Origin: an uncultured virus (IMG/VR IMGVR_UViG_3300028173_000008)
Lineage: Duplodnaviria; Heunggongvirae; Uroviricota; Caudoviricetes
IMG/VR virus record: IMGVR_UViG_3300028173_000008
Length of the DNA stretch: 64,000 bases
Reading direction: 5' to 3' (one strand)
How positions within the stretch are numbered: position 1 is the stretch's first letter; each line of letters begins with the position of its first letter. This document shows positions 36,854-44,360 of this stretch, one piece after another. Made by a program: the position numbers and the translations under genes. The notes below the pieces were generated by a model. That model saw only the letters and a list, made by a program, of their open reading frames with translations. It made no database searches and was not told the DNA's origin.

Positions 36854-37259
36854 TCGAGGCTGGCCGAAACAGATCATCATCCTCCGCACCGACCTCGGCA
36901 TGCGGAAGGGCAAGATGGTCGCACAGGGAGCGCACGCCTCCTTGGGCGGGATTCTGGATCACTGCACAGAGGTCGGGGACGGCACCTTCGTGATCGGCCC
37001 CGGACACACAGGGTGGAATTGGGAAGCCGTCAAGCTGTGGCTCTCCGGCAAGTTCACCAAGATCGTGGTCGGGGTGGAGACCGAGCAGGAACTCCTCGAC
37101 CTATACGGTACGGCCCTGCGGGCCGGGATCGCCTGTTTCCTCTGCACCGACGCCGGGGACACTGAGTTCCACGGCGTACCTACGAACACTGCGGTCTGCA
37201 TCGGGCCGGATTTTCCAGACGTGATCGACCCTATCACCGGCCACTTGAGGCTCCTCTAA
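36846..37259 (+). CDS. pth2: peptidyl-tRNA hydrolase Pth2
   Basis: KQIIILRTDLGMRKGKMVAQGAHAS, KIVV, DAGDTE, IGP, ITGHLRLL. Confidence 0.92.
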   Translation: MTDRGWPKQIIILRTDLGMRKGKMVAQGAHASLGGILDHCTEVGDGTFVIGPGHTGWNWEAVKLWLSGKFTKIVVGVETEQELLDLYGTALRAGIACFLCTDAGDTEFHGVPTNTAVCIGPDFPDVIDPITGHLRLL

Positions 37260-37264
37260 CGAGG

Positions 37265-37290
37265 AAAGCCGGACATCGCTGTCCGGCTTT
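37265..37290. terminator. bidirectional terminator
   Basis: AAAGCCGGACA-tcgc-TGTCCGGCTTT between convergent pth2 and ssrA. Confidence 0.75.
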
Positions 37291-37298
37291 CAAGCACT

Positions 37299-37664
37299 TG
37301 GTGGAGGTGCGGGGAATCGAACCCCGGTCCTAAGATGCCTACGCCAACGCACTACGCTCATTTCCCGTGTTTATCCCGCACGGGCAAGGTGCTTCGATCC
37401 TCAACGCACATGCTGCTGTTAGTCATCGCCTTCAGGTAGCCGCCTGCCCGCTATCCTGAACGCCAACCCGTTTCTGCTGTAACCTCACGCCCCGAATCGG
37501 GTGCTCTGACGTGAGAATGAAGCACCAGCACAGTCTTTCGACTACGCTGCCGCCTGCATCGGAAGGGTCTCGTTGGCAATTAAGCCTTTGCCGTCTGTAA
37601 CGCCCGACAGCACTCGGAACGAACGTTTAGCCTCGTACACCCCAGTCGAAACCAGTACACCCCC
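37299..37664 (-). ncRNA. ssrA: tmRNA, tag ANETLPMQAAA*
   Basis: GGGGGTGTACTGGTTTCGAC 5' end; GGTTCGATTCCCCGCACCTCCACCA 3' end; tag at 37577-37542. Confidence 0.95.
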
Positions 37665-37784
37665 AAGTTTTCAAAGAACAGCGTGTCCTTCTATACCATC
37701 AACCCAATAGAAGGATCCTCTAAGCCTACTTCGTGTAGGTGCATGGCGTAGGCTCACGGGGTAGAGTGGATGAGGAGGACGCAC

Positions 37785-38783
37785 ATGAAGATCACATGCT
37801 TCGGTTCCCGAGGTTCGCTTCCGGCCCCGTCCCGTAAGGACTTCAGCACCGTGGAGTTTGGCGGCAACACCAACTGCTTCTTCATCGAGGCAGGGCCTTT
37901 CAAGATCATCGTCGGGTGCGGTTCTGGGGTTTCCATCCTGGGGGACGAACTGATGAAGCGTTGGGTGGAACAGGAGTTCCCCCATCAGCACTTCATCGTC
38001 CTGTTGACGCACTACCACTGGGACCACATCCAAGGGCTCCCGTTCTGCACCCCGTTCTACTTGGCCCACAACACGTTCCACTTCCACGGTCTCCGGCCTT
38101 CCGGTCACGAGGGCGGGGAACGGCTGGCGGACGGCTCGCACCCCAAGACGGTCGTGGAGACGATGCTGTCCCATCAGCAGTCCAACCCGCACTTCCCGGT
38201 GGCCCACGAGTCTCTCCCGGCCCACAAGGAGTACCAGAGCCATGACCGCCAGTTCAGCGAGGCGTTCTGGTACGCCCACGAATGGCACAGGGGTCAGGAG
38301 CAAGACGAGGCCACCCTGTTCCCCCACGGCCCCAGTACGGTGGGCGACAGGCCCGTTGGCGGCCCGGAGAACTGGATCAAGATCACGACCGTCCCGCTGG
38401 AGCACCCGAACGGCTGCCTCGGCTGGGTCATCGAGTACGAGGGCAAGAAGGCGGCGTTCTGCTACGACATGGAACCCTTGCGGTTCCCGAACCAGAAGGT
38501 CTCCAAGCTGGGCCACAACGCCGACCTGATGGTTCTGGACGGTGCCTACACGGAGCAGCAGCTTCAGGGCATGCAGCAAGGCTTCGGCCACGGTTCCCCT
38601 GAATCCTGCATCGAACAGGCCAAGGACTCCGACGCCAAGTTCTGCCTCATCCACCACCACGACCCCAAGCACGACGACGACAAGCTCCGGGAGATGGAAG
38701 CCCACGCACAGGACTATGCCCTTGGGGCGATGTTCCGGGGCCGGGTCGACTTCGCCCGTGAAGGCAACGTCTACGATCTCTGA
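37785..38783 (+). CDS. MBL-fold metallo-hydrolase
   Basis: GSRGSLP, GGNT.C, THYHWDHIQG, HPNG, GFGH, HHDP. Confidence 0.9.
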   Translation: MKITCFGSRGSLPAPSRKDFSTVEFGGNTNCFFIEAGPFKIIVGCGSGVSILGDELMKRWVEQEFPHQHFIVLLTHYHWDHIQGLPFCTPFYLAHNTFHFHGLRPSGHEGGERLADGSHPKTVVETMLSHQQSNPHFPVAHESLPAHKEYQSHDRQFSEAFWYAHEWHRGQEQDEATLFPHGPSTVGDRPVGGPENWIKITTVPLEHPNGCLGWVIEYEGKKAAFCYDMEPLRFPNQKVSKLGHNADLMVLDGAYTEQQLQGMQQGFGHGSPESCIEQAKDSDAKFCLIHHHDPKHDDDKLREMEAHAQDYALGAMFRGRVDFAREGNVYDL

Positions 38784-39320
38784 TCCCCTCACTTTTTAGA
38801 GGTTCACCACCATCACCACCACAACTACGGCAACACCTACGGCAACCCGTGGGGCACCCGCAGCCTCCTGGGTAGTAACAACACCCTCAGTAGCCACAGC
38901 CGCAGCCGTAGCGCCTCCAAGGGCATCGGCAGCGCCACGAAGGGTGCAGGCGGCCAGTCCGTAGACTACGGGTGTAACACCATCGGTGAGAGGAGCATGG
39001 ACTTCGTCGAGGACAGCCTCTGCTCCACCGAGTGTTCGGTGGCAGCGGCGTCGGCCAGCTTCGAGGACGAGGCACCCAGCAGGGGCATCCTCCGGGACGT
39101 CGGCACGAAGTACGGCCACGAGGTCTCTTTCCACACGACCGAGACCACGTTCACCAAGGCCACGGACGCCCCGGTACTCGTCTGCACGCTGCGCTACGCC
39201 ACCCGTGAGCGGCTGGAGACGTGGGGCGTGCCCCTCAAGCCCAAGTCGGGACCGGAAGCGCCCCAGGCGTTCCCTGCGTCCATGGACGGTTGCCCCGCCC
39301 CGAGCGGCTGGAACGGATAA
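38784..39320 (+). pseudogene. open frame in phase with the MBL gene; probable truncated gene
   Basis: no stop between TGA 38783 and 39320; His run; first ATG at 38997. Confidence 0.45.
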
Positions 39321-39373
39321 TCCCATCCTTCTCCCTCTTGCCCCCGGTACAATGGGGGTAGGAGGGAGCCCAC

Positions 39374-39697
39374 ATGTCCAAGTTCACCGTCGACTGTTTC
39401 ACCGAGAAGTCACTCCCGGAGCCGGGGTTCCCTGAGAACACCTACGAGGCGGCCACCGTGCTGGAGGCTGCGGCTGTTGTCCATAACTGCACCCGCAAGC
39501 AGGCCGGGATCAGGATGGTTCAGATCTGGATCGAAGAGCCGGACGACCGAGAGGCCGTCGACACGCTCAAGACGTGCCGGTGTGGGACGAAGGGATGCGA
39601 TACAAAGCGCATTGACCCTGACGAGGTAGCGAAGGCGCTGGGGGCGGAGAAGGCCGTGAAGCCGAAGAACCTGCCCCGCAGGCCGGGGACACGGTAG
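39374..39697 (+). CDS. hypothetical protein
   Basis: GGAGG RBS. Confidence 0.6.
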   Translation: MSKFTVDCFTEKSLPEPGFPENTYEAATVLEAAAVVHNCTRKQAGIRMVQIWIEEPDDREAVDTLKTCRCGTKGCDTKRIDPDEVAKALGAEKAVKPKNLPRRPGTR

Positions 39698-39784
39698 GCG
39701 GAAGCGGAGGGAGTCGAACCCTCAAGGCCGTAAAGCTCGCCTGTTTTCAAGACAGGTGCCGTCGCCACGTCGGCTGGCGCTTCC
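39697..39784 (-). tRNA. tRNA-Ser(TGA)
   Basis: cloverleaf, long variable arm. Confidence 0.9.
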
Positions 39785-39806
39785 AAGTTGAACAGTAGGT
39801 CTTCGT

Positions 39807-39897
39807 TGGCGGAAGGAGGGGGAGTCGAACCCCCAAGGCGCTCATCACGCTCGACCACTTTCCAAGCGGCTGCCATCACCAATTGGCTTGCCCTTCC
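39807..39897 (-). tRNA. tRNA-Ser(GGA)
   Basis: cloverleaf, CCA. Confidence 0.9.
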
Positions 39898-39901
39898 AAA
39901 G

Positions 39902-39988
39902 TGCGACCGGAGGGATTCGAACCCTCACGCCAGTCATTGTTGACACTGGCCCCTCAAGCCAGCGCGTCTACCATTCCGCCACGGTCGC
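39902..39988 (-). tRNA. tRNA-Leu(GAG)
   Basis: cloverleaf. Confidence 0.9.
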
Positions 39989-39993
39989 ATGAG

Positions 39994-40075
39994 TGCTGCC
40001 GGTGGGACTCGAACCCACACACCTCAAGGGCACGGGCCTCTCAGACCCGCATGTCTACCATTCCATCACGACAGC
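39994..40075 (-). tRNA. tRNA-Leu(GAG)
   Basis: cloverleaf. Confidence 0.88.
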
Positions 40076-40078
40076 ATA

Positions 40079-40200
40079 GAAAGCACCCCAGCACGTAGGG
40101 AACCACGGGTTGGTTACCGCTGGCCGCCCACTCCTCCCAGAAGTGCTGCTTCTCTGTGGTCTTGGACACCCCTGATCTACAGCCCCGGCTGGGGTGCCTT
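40079..40200 (-). ncRNA. unassigned ~120 nt hairpin RNA
   Basis: GGCACCCCAGC/GCTGGGGTGCT closing stem. Confidence 0.45.
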
Positions 40201-40290
40201 TGGCGGAAGGACGGGGAGTCGAACCCCGAAGGCCGGTTAAGGCTCGCTGGTTTTCGAAACCAGTGCAGTCGCCCATCTGCTTGCCCTTCC
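40201..40290 (-). tRNA. tRNA-Ser(CGA)
   Basis: cloverleaf, CCA. Confidence 0.9.
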
Positions 40291-40291
40291 A

Positions 40292-40367
40292 TGGAGCGCT
40301 CGCCCGGACTTGAACCGGGGACCACCGGCTTCGGAGGCCGGGACTCTATCCACTGAGCTACGAGCGC
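40292..40367 (-). tRNA. tRNA-Arg(CCG)
   Basis: cloverleaf, CCA. Confidence 0.92.
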
Positions 40368-40370
40368 AAA

Positions 40371-40523
40371 GGTGGGGGAGGTAGGAATCGAACCTACAAT
40401 GCCCTCTCGGGCGGTCTGCTTTACAGGCAGATGTCTATACCTTGCTGAAGTCGCAACAGAGTTCCCGACCGGGGTCAGGATAAGGTCGTCACAACGAGTA
40501 GCGTGACTTTTGACCACTCCCCC
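40371..40523 (-). tRNA. tRNA-Tyr(GTA) with ~68-nt structured D-loop insertion
   Basis: GGGGGAG/CTCCCCC acceptor, TCTGC-CTGTAAA-GCAGA, variable arm, T arm; insert 40442-40509. Confidence 0.8.
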
Positions 40524-40527
40524 ATAG

Positions 40528-40600
40528 AGCCAACGACGGGAATCGAACCCGTAACCCCTTGCTTACCATGCAAGTGCTCTACCGTTGGAGCTACGTTGGC
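40528..40600 (-). tRNA. tRNA-Thr(GGT)
   Basis: cloverleaf. Confidence 0.92.
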
Positions 40601-40618
40601 ATGCTTGAATCAGACAAG

Positions 40619-40690
40619 AGCCCAGTACCGGAGTCGAACCGATGTCAGCGGGTTACAAATCCGCTGCTCTGCCACTTGAGCTAACTGGGC
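40619..40690 (-). tRNA. tRNA-Thr(TGT)
   Basis: cloverleaf. Confidence 0.88.
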
Positions 40691-40723
40691 AAATCAGGTG
40701 CTCTACCGTTGAGCCACGCTAGC
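40691..40723 (-). pseudogene. orphan 5' half of a Thr-type tRNA
   Basis: GCTAGCG-TG-GCTCAACGGTAGAGC-A-CCTGA-TTT fused directly to tRNA-Thr(TGT). Confidence 0.75.
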
Positions 40724-40727
40724 AAAG

Positions 40728-40799
40728 AGCCGAAGGTCGGAATCGAACCGACAACCTGCCGCTTACGAAACGGCTGCTCTACCATTGAGCTACATCGGC
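40728..40799 (-). tRNA. tRNA-Thr(CGT)
   Basis: cloverleaf. Confidence 0.9.
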
Positions 40800-40854
40800 A
40801 AAGTGCGACCGGGGGGAGTCGAACCCCCACGCCTCAAAGGCACCGGATTCTAAG

Positions 40855-40934
40855 TGGCTGAGGTGGGAGTCGAACCCACACGCCCTAAGCGCCCGCCTCT
40901 AAAACGGGTGCGTCTACCGTTCCGCCACTCAGCC
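40855..40934 (-). tRNA. tRNA-Leu(TAG), cassette cargo
   Basis: cloverleaf; ORF stop TGA inside acceptor strand. Confidence 0.88.
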
Positions 40935-41429
40935 TTTTTCTTGTTTGGTCACGGAGGTCAACCCTTTGCTATTACACCACCCAGGTTGTTGGGAGTGGCA
41001 GTTAGGGCACAGGAATCGTAAGTTTTCAGGGCGGTTGTCTAACCAGTCTCGGTTGATGTGGTCCACCTGTAGCATGAGGGGTTTCCCGACCCACACTCCC
41101 TCGATCCCACAAGATTCGCACGCATAGGGCCGCCCACTGTCAAGGAGAGCCCTCCGTAAGCGGTACGCTGCGGTACGCCTCCCTGTGTCCTTCTTTGACA
41201 GGGTAGTTAGCCACGGAGTCTTTCCCGGGCCTCCCTTATGGGCTGTTCCCTTGTTGGATCCTTGACCGTGGAAATGGACTGTGTCGAGTCCGTATTCCCG
41301 TACCTTACGGGTGATGTGCGTTTGTGTCCCGCCCGCCTGTTTCACCCCCAAATCTCGAAGCACGCCCGCCATGGAAGTGTTCTGTTGAACAAGTGGGGCT
41401 AGGATCTCTTTTGTGTAACGTCGTCCCAT
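40929..41429 (-). CDS. HNH endonuclease
   Basis: CESCG..LQVDHINRDWLDNRPENLRFLCPNCHSQ. Confidence 0.9.
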   Translation of the reverse strand: MGRRYTKEILAPLVQQNTSMAGVLRDLGVKQAGGTQTHITRKVREYGLDTVHFHGQGSNKGTAHKGGPGKTPWLTTLSKKDTGRRTAAYRLRRALLDSGRPYACESCGIEGVWVGKPLMLQVDHINRDWLDNRPENLRFLCPNCHSQQPGWCNSKGLTSVTKQEKG

Positions 41430-41496
41430 ACACAGCTTACGGTATAGGCTAGCAACCGGAACCGGCGTGTCTACCGTTTCACCACGGTCGCAAAGG

Positions 41497-42341
41497 ATGA
41501 CCACCCGTAGCCGGGATCCTGTTTTATGGACACATTCATCTAGTGGCCCCTACCCGTCCGCATAGCGCTGCTCACCCGCTCTTGGCCCAACCCCGATGCC
41601 GAGAGCGTTGCCCTGAAAAGAGCTTCTGCATTCCTTGGCGTGTAAGGCCGTGACGTTGGCAGAACAGATTGAGGGACGGGGTCACTTCGTGTTCAGCCCC
41701 GTCAGGAGAACGGACTTTGGGGTAGGGCTGCTTCTTCTTAGTGCGGCTGATCGCCGCCTTTTCCGCTTCCGTTGGGGAAGCCTTCCGACCACCCGATCCC
41801 ACAGCGTTCTTATTGCCCCGCTGCAAAAGTGACAGGGCTTGCTTCGTTTCTTCTGTATGCTTGTAACCCAGGCTGTTGCCTGCTTCTGGGAGGATGTTGT
41901 ACTTCTTGGCTTTCGGGGTCTTGTCCAACCACTCCTGTTCCTTCTCCAAGAGCTTGTCGTGGGCCGCCTGAACAAGCACAAAGAAGCAAATGTCCTCTTC
42001 ACCCCTCTTGGCAAAGGCTCGTTGTAAGGGGGTGTTATGGTGGGTGCCTTTTCGAAGAAGCCTCCCATGTGCTGAGAACCTCTTGTAGAGATCCACTGCG
42101 GACCCGATGTAGAGCTTCCCCGAAGCCCTACTTCTGATGGCATAGACACCGCTCTTACCGTGTAGCGCAGAATAAGGGGTACCTTTCATGGAAGGGTCCA
42201 ATTTCATAGGCCAAAGATACCACGTTCCTGTTTGGGTTGCACCCTCGGAAGTGCGAACGGCCTACGGCCTCCTTCCTTCAGCAGTGGTGTCCCGAGCTTC
42301 CTCACATCCCTTGCGGGGTAGTGCGTGCCCTCAGTGGTCAT
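41497..42341 (-). ncRNA. rnpB: RNase P RNA (reduced), interrupted by GIY-YIG ORF
   Basis: P1 ATGACCAC/GTGGTCAT; P2 GGGCAC/GTGTCC; P4 GAGGA-AGC(U)CGGGA / ACAGGA-TCCCGGCT with bulged U; CGGGTAGG L15-like; CTAGATGAATG. Confidence 0.8.
41572..42207 (-). CDS. GIY-YIG homing endonuclease with NUMOD3-like motif
   Basis: SGVYAI..YIGSA..KRF..H, EKEQ.WLD, YN, HTEETK. Confidence 0.9.
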   Translation of the reverse strand: MKLDPSMKGTPYSALHGKSGVYAIRSRASGKLYIGSAVDLYKRFSAHGRLLRKGTHHNTPLQRAFAKRGEEDICFFVLVQAAHDKLLEKEQEWLDKTPKAKKYNILPEAGNSLGYKHTEETKQALSLLQRGNKNAVGSGGRKASPTEAEKAAISRTKKKQPYPKVRSPDGAEHEVTPSLNLFCQRHGLTRQGMQKLFSGQRSRHRGWAKSG

Positions 42342-42425
42342 GGTGCCAGAGGGGGGACTCGAACCCCCACGCCTCAAGGACAGACGGTTTTGAACCGACC
42401 GCGTCTACCATTCCGCCACTCTGGC
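42341..42425 (-). tRNA. tRNA-Leu(CAA)
   Basis: cloverleaf, CCA. Confidence 0.88.
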
Positions 42426-42433
42426 AAGTAAGT

Positions 42434-42522
42434 TGGTGGAGGAGGTGGGATTCGAACCCACTCACCGCAACGCGGACCAGATTTACAGTCTGGCGTGACT
42501 CTCCAACTTCAACCGCTCCTCC
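42434..42522 (-). tRNA. tRNA-Tyr(GTA)
   Basis: cloverleaf, CCA. Confidence 0.85.
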
Positions 42523-42526
42523 AAAG

Positions 42527-42598
42527 TGGAAAGGGGTGGAATCGAACCACCGACACGGGGATTTTCAGTCCCCTGCTCTACCTCTGAGCTACCCCTCC
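42527..42598 (-). tRNA. tRNA-Phe(GAA)
   Basis: cloverleaf. Confidence 0.9.
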
Positions 42599-42999
42599 AT
42601 GCGTTTCCAGTCCCCGAACTCCTCCTTGCCGCCCCTGCACCCCCAGTCCGAGTCGATGACCAGGCGGGACGAGATCCCGCCACGGGGCCGGAGGTCCGCT
42701 ACGAGGCGCAACCGGGCCGGTTCATAGACCGCCACGAGATCCTCGTAGATGACGTTGATGAGGCGTTCGTAGGAGATCACCTTGGACCTGAAGGCCACCA
42801 CGTACTCCTTGAGTGCCTTCAGTTCGATGATCCAGTCCGCCGGGTAGAAGACCAACGTCAGGTGACCGAAGTCCGGTTGCTGTTTGACGCCCATGAACGT
42901 CAACTCCGGGATCTCCATCCTGATCTCGTACCCGTCTGGGTCGGGGTTCGGCAGCCTCTTCAGCTTGTCCTTCTCCGACCACTTGTCATGCTTGCCCAT
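42589..42999 (-). CDS. queF: QueF-like T-fold protein lacking the catalytic Cys
   Basis: PELTFMGVKQQPDF, IELKALKEY, SYE, PRGGI. Confidence 0.8.
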   Translation of the reverse strand: MGKHDKWSEKDKLKRLPNPDPDGYEIRMEIPELTFMGVKQQPDFGHLTLVFYPADWIIELKALKEYVVAFRSKVISYERLINVIYEDLVAVYEPARLRLVADLRPRGGISSRLVIDSDWGCRGGKEEFGDWKRMEG

Positions 43000-43038
43000 G
43001 TCGTTCCCCCTTGTTGTCCGGGGAACTATACCGATCAG

Positions 43039-43112
43039 TGCCAAGGGGCGGGATCGAACCGCCGACACCCCGGATTTCACCCGAGTGCTCTACCTACCTG
43101 AGCTACCTTGGC
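43039..43112 (-). tRNA. tRNA-Phe(GAA)
   Basis: cloverleaf. Confidence 0.88.
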
Positions 43113-43116
43113 AGAA

Positions 43117-43190
43117 GGCAGAGGTAGTGGGAATCGAACCCACCCGACGGTCGGTTTTGGAGACCAACCCGCTTACCCAGAGCCACCTCT
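43117..43190 (-). tRNA. tRNA-Trp(CCA), short D arm
   Basis: AGAGGTG/TACCTCT, TTGGT-CTCCAAA-ACCGA. Confidence 0.75.
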
Positions 43191-43224
43191 ACAAGAATGT
43201 GCGGGGAATCGAACCGGGGCTTTG

Positions 43225-43680
43225 CTAGCGAATGAACTTGAGGGCTTGGGCGTTGACCATCTTCAGGATGTCACGGGGGGACATGGAGGCGAAGGAGGTC
43301 ATCGACATGGAGTGCGTGCTGGTTTCCTCGTCCTCGATCCCCTTTTCCTCTACATAGACGAACACCCACCACTGTACCTGGTTGCGTTGGAAGTCGGGGG
43401 TGAAGTACGCGATGACGTGGTCCTCACCCGGAGTCGAGGACTGGCTGGGGGAGGGGAGATTCGGGAAAGCGATCTCCACAGTCATCCCCTTCCTGTAAAT
43501 CTCGCCCACATGGTCGGCCTGCGTGGCCTTGCCGACCTTCTTCATCCACTGGAAGAATGCCTTGTGGAACAGACCGATAAGGTCACCCGTTGCCGCCTCT
43601 TTCCGCAGAAGGGGCAGGATGTGCTTGCGGGTTTCAGGTACTTCATGGGCCAGTCTGACCAGTTCGCTTTTAAGATCCAT
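43225..43680 (-). CDS. hypothetical (virion-type N-terminus LVRLAHEVPETRKHILPLLRKEAA)
   Basis: GGAGG RBS. Confidence 0.7.
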   Translation of the reverse strand: MDLKSELVRLAHEVPETRKHILPLLRKEAATGDLIGLFHKAFFQWMKKVGKATQADHVGEIYRKGMTVEIAFPNLPSPSQSSTPGEDHVIAYFTPDFQRNQVQWWVFVYVEEKGIEDEETSTHSMSMTSFASMSPRDILKMVNAQALKFIR

Positions 43681-43722
43681 GGGGTCCTCCTGTGTCCCTA
43701 ATGGAACCTTATAGCCCAAGTA

Positions 43723-43778
43723 GGTGCCAGAGGGGGGACTCGAACCCCCACGCCTCAAGGACAGACGGTTTTGAACCG
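43723..43778. repeat. 56-bp exact direct repeat of 42342-42397
   Basis: GGTGCCAGAGGGGGGACTC...TTTTGAACCG. Confidence 0.9.
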
Positions 43779-43807
43779 GATGCGGCTACCAGTTACGCCA
43801 TCCCGGC
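43723..43807 (-). pseudogene. chimeric tRNA-Leu
   Basis: 3' 56 nt identical to 42342-42397; 5' half does not pair properly with it. Confidence 0.75.
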
Positions 43808-43816
43808 GTATGAAAG

Positions 43817-43902
43817 TGGATGATCAAGGAATCGAACCTTGCTGCCGCGTCAGCGGACCGGGGTTACAGCCCAGCGCAAGCACCAGCTTGACCGTATCAT
43901 CC
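43817..43902 (-). tRNA. tRNA-Tyr(GTA)
   Basis: cloverleaf, atypical D arm. Confidence 0.75.
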
Positions 43903-43905
43903 AGA

Positions 43906-43994
43906 GGCGGAGGGAGAGGGAGTCGAACCCTCAAGGCCGATTAAGGCTCGTCCGGTTAGCAACCGGGTGCAGTCACCGATCTGCTTGCCCCTCC
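43906..43994 (-). tRNA. tRNA-Ser(GCT)
   Basis: cloverleaf. Confidence 0.9.
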
Positions 43995-44005
43995 GTGAAT
44001 TGGAC

Positions 44006-44115
44006 CGGGTCGCTCTTATCGTCTTCCTGGGGCGTTGCCACCCCGCAGACGTTTATCCACGACCAACCGCTGTACAAGCGGCTGCGCTATCCCCCGAGGG
44101 GGAGCCCAACGACCC
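44006..44115 (-). ncRNA. unassigned multibranch RNA
   Basis: GGGTCGTT/AGCGACCC closing stem; CCCCC-tc-GGGGG, CCGCT-tgtac-AGCGG and GGGGTG-gcaa-CGCCCC hairpins. Confidence 0.45.
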
Positions 44116-44119
44116 AAAG

Positions 44120-44202
44120 TGCTGCTGAAAGGAGTCGAACCTTCACGCCCCGAAGGACACTTGGACCTGAACCAAGCGCGTCTACCATTCCGCCACAGCA
44201 GC
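44120..44202 (-). tRNA. tRNA-Leu(CAG)
   Basis: cloverleaf. Confidence 0.92.
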
Positions 44203-44246
44203 AAAGAACGGTGCTGGAAGCTGGGCAACTCCCAGCACCGAAGACC

Positions 44247-44296
44247 TACTATTCAATTGTCAAAGACCCTCTGGCCGCCGCCCTGTGGCAGAGGCC
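44247..44296 (-). promoter_or_regulatory. boxB-like hairpin + boxA
   Basis: GGTCTTTGACAATTGAATAGTA, 21/22 identical to 1993-2014. Confidence 0.75.
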
Positions 44297-44304
44297 CTAA
44301 ACGC

Positions 44305-44338
44305 AAAAAGCCCGCTCCGGGTGTGTCCGGGCGGGCTT
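44305..44338 (-). terminator. intrinsic terminator (attenuator)
   Basis: AAGCCCGCCCGG-acacac-CCGGAGCGGGCTT-TTT. Confidence 0.85.
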
Positions 44339-44360
44339 CCAAGGTCAGCAGATGTTGTGC

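Larger units (their letters stand above)
40804..41491 (-). mobile_element. split tRNA-Leu(TAG) interrupted by HNH + tRNA-Leu(TAG) cassette
   Basis: 5' half GCGACCG..CCGG 41491-41460; 3' half CTTAGAATCCGG..CGGTCGC-A 40854-40804. Confidence 0.88.

Noticed and set aside
40079..40200. 6S or Y RNA
   Set aside because: Too short for a typical 6S RNA and no clear Y RNA motifs; left unassigned.
42342..43778. attL/attR of an integrated element
   Set aside because: No integrase; the enclosed segment is tRNAs and queF, and the downstream copy is the complete tRNA.
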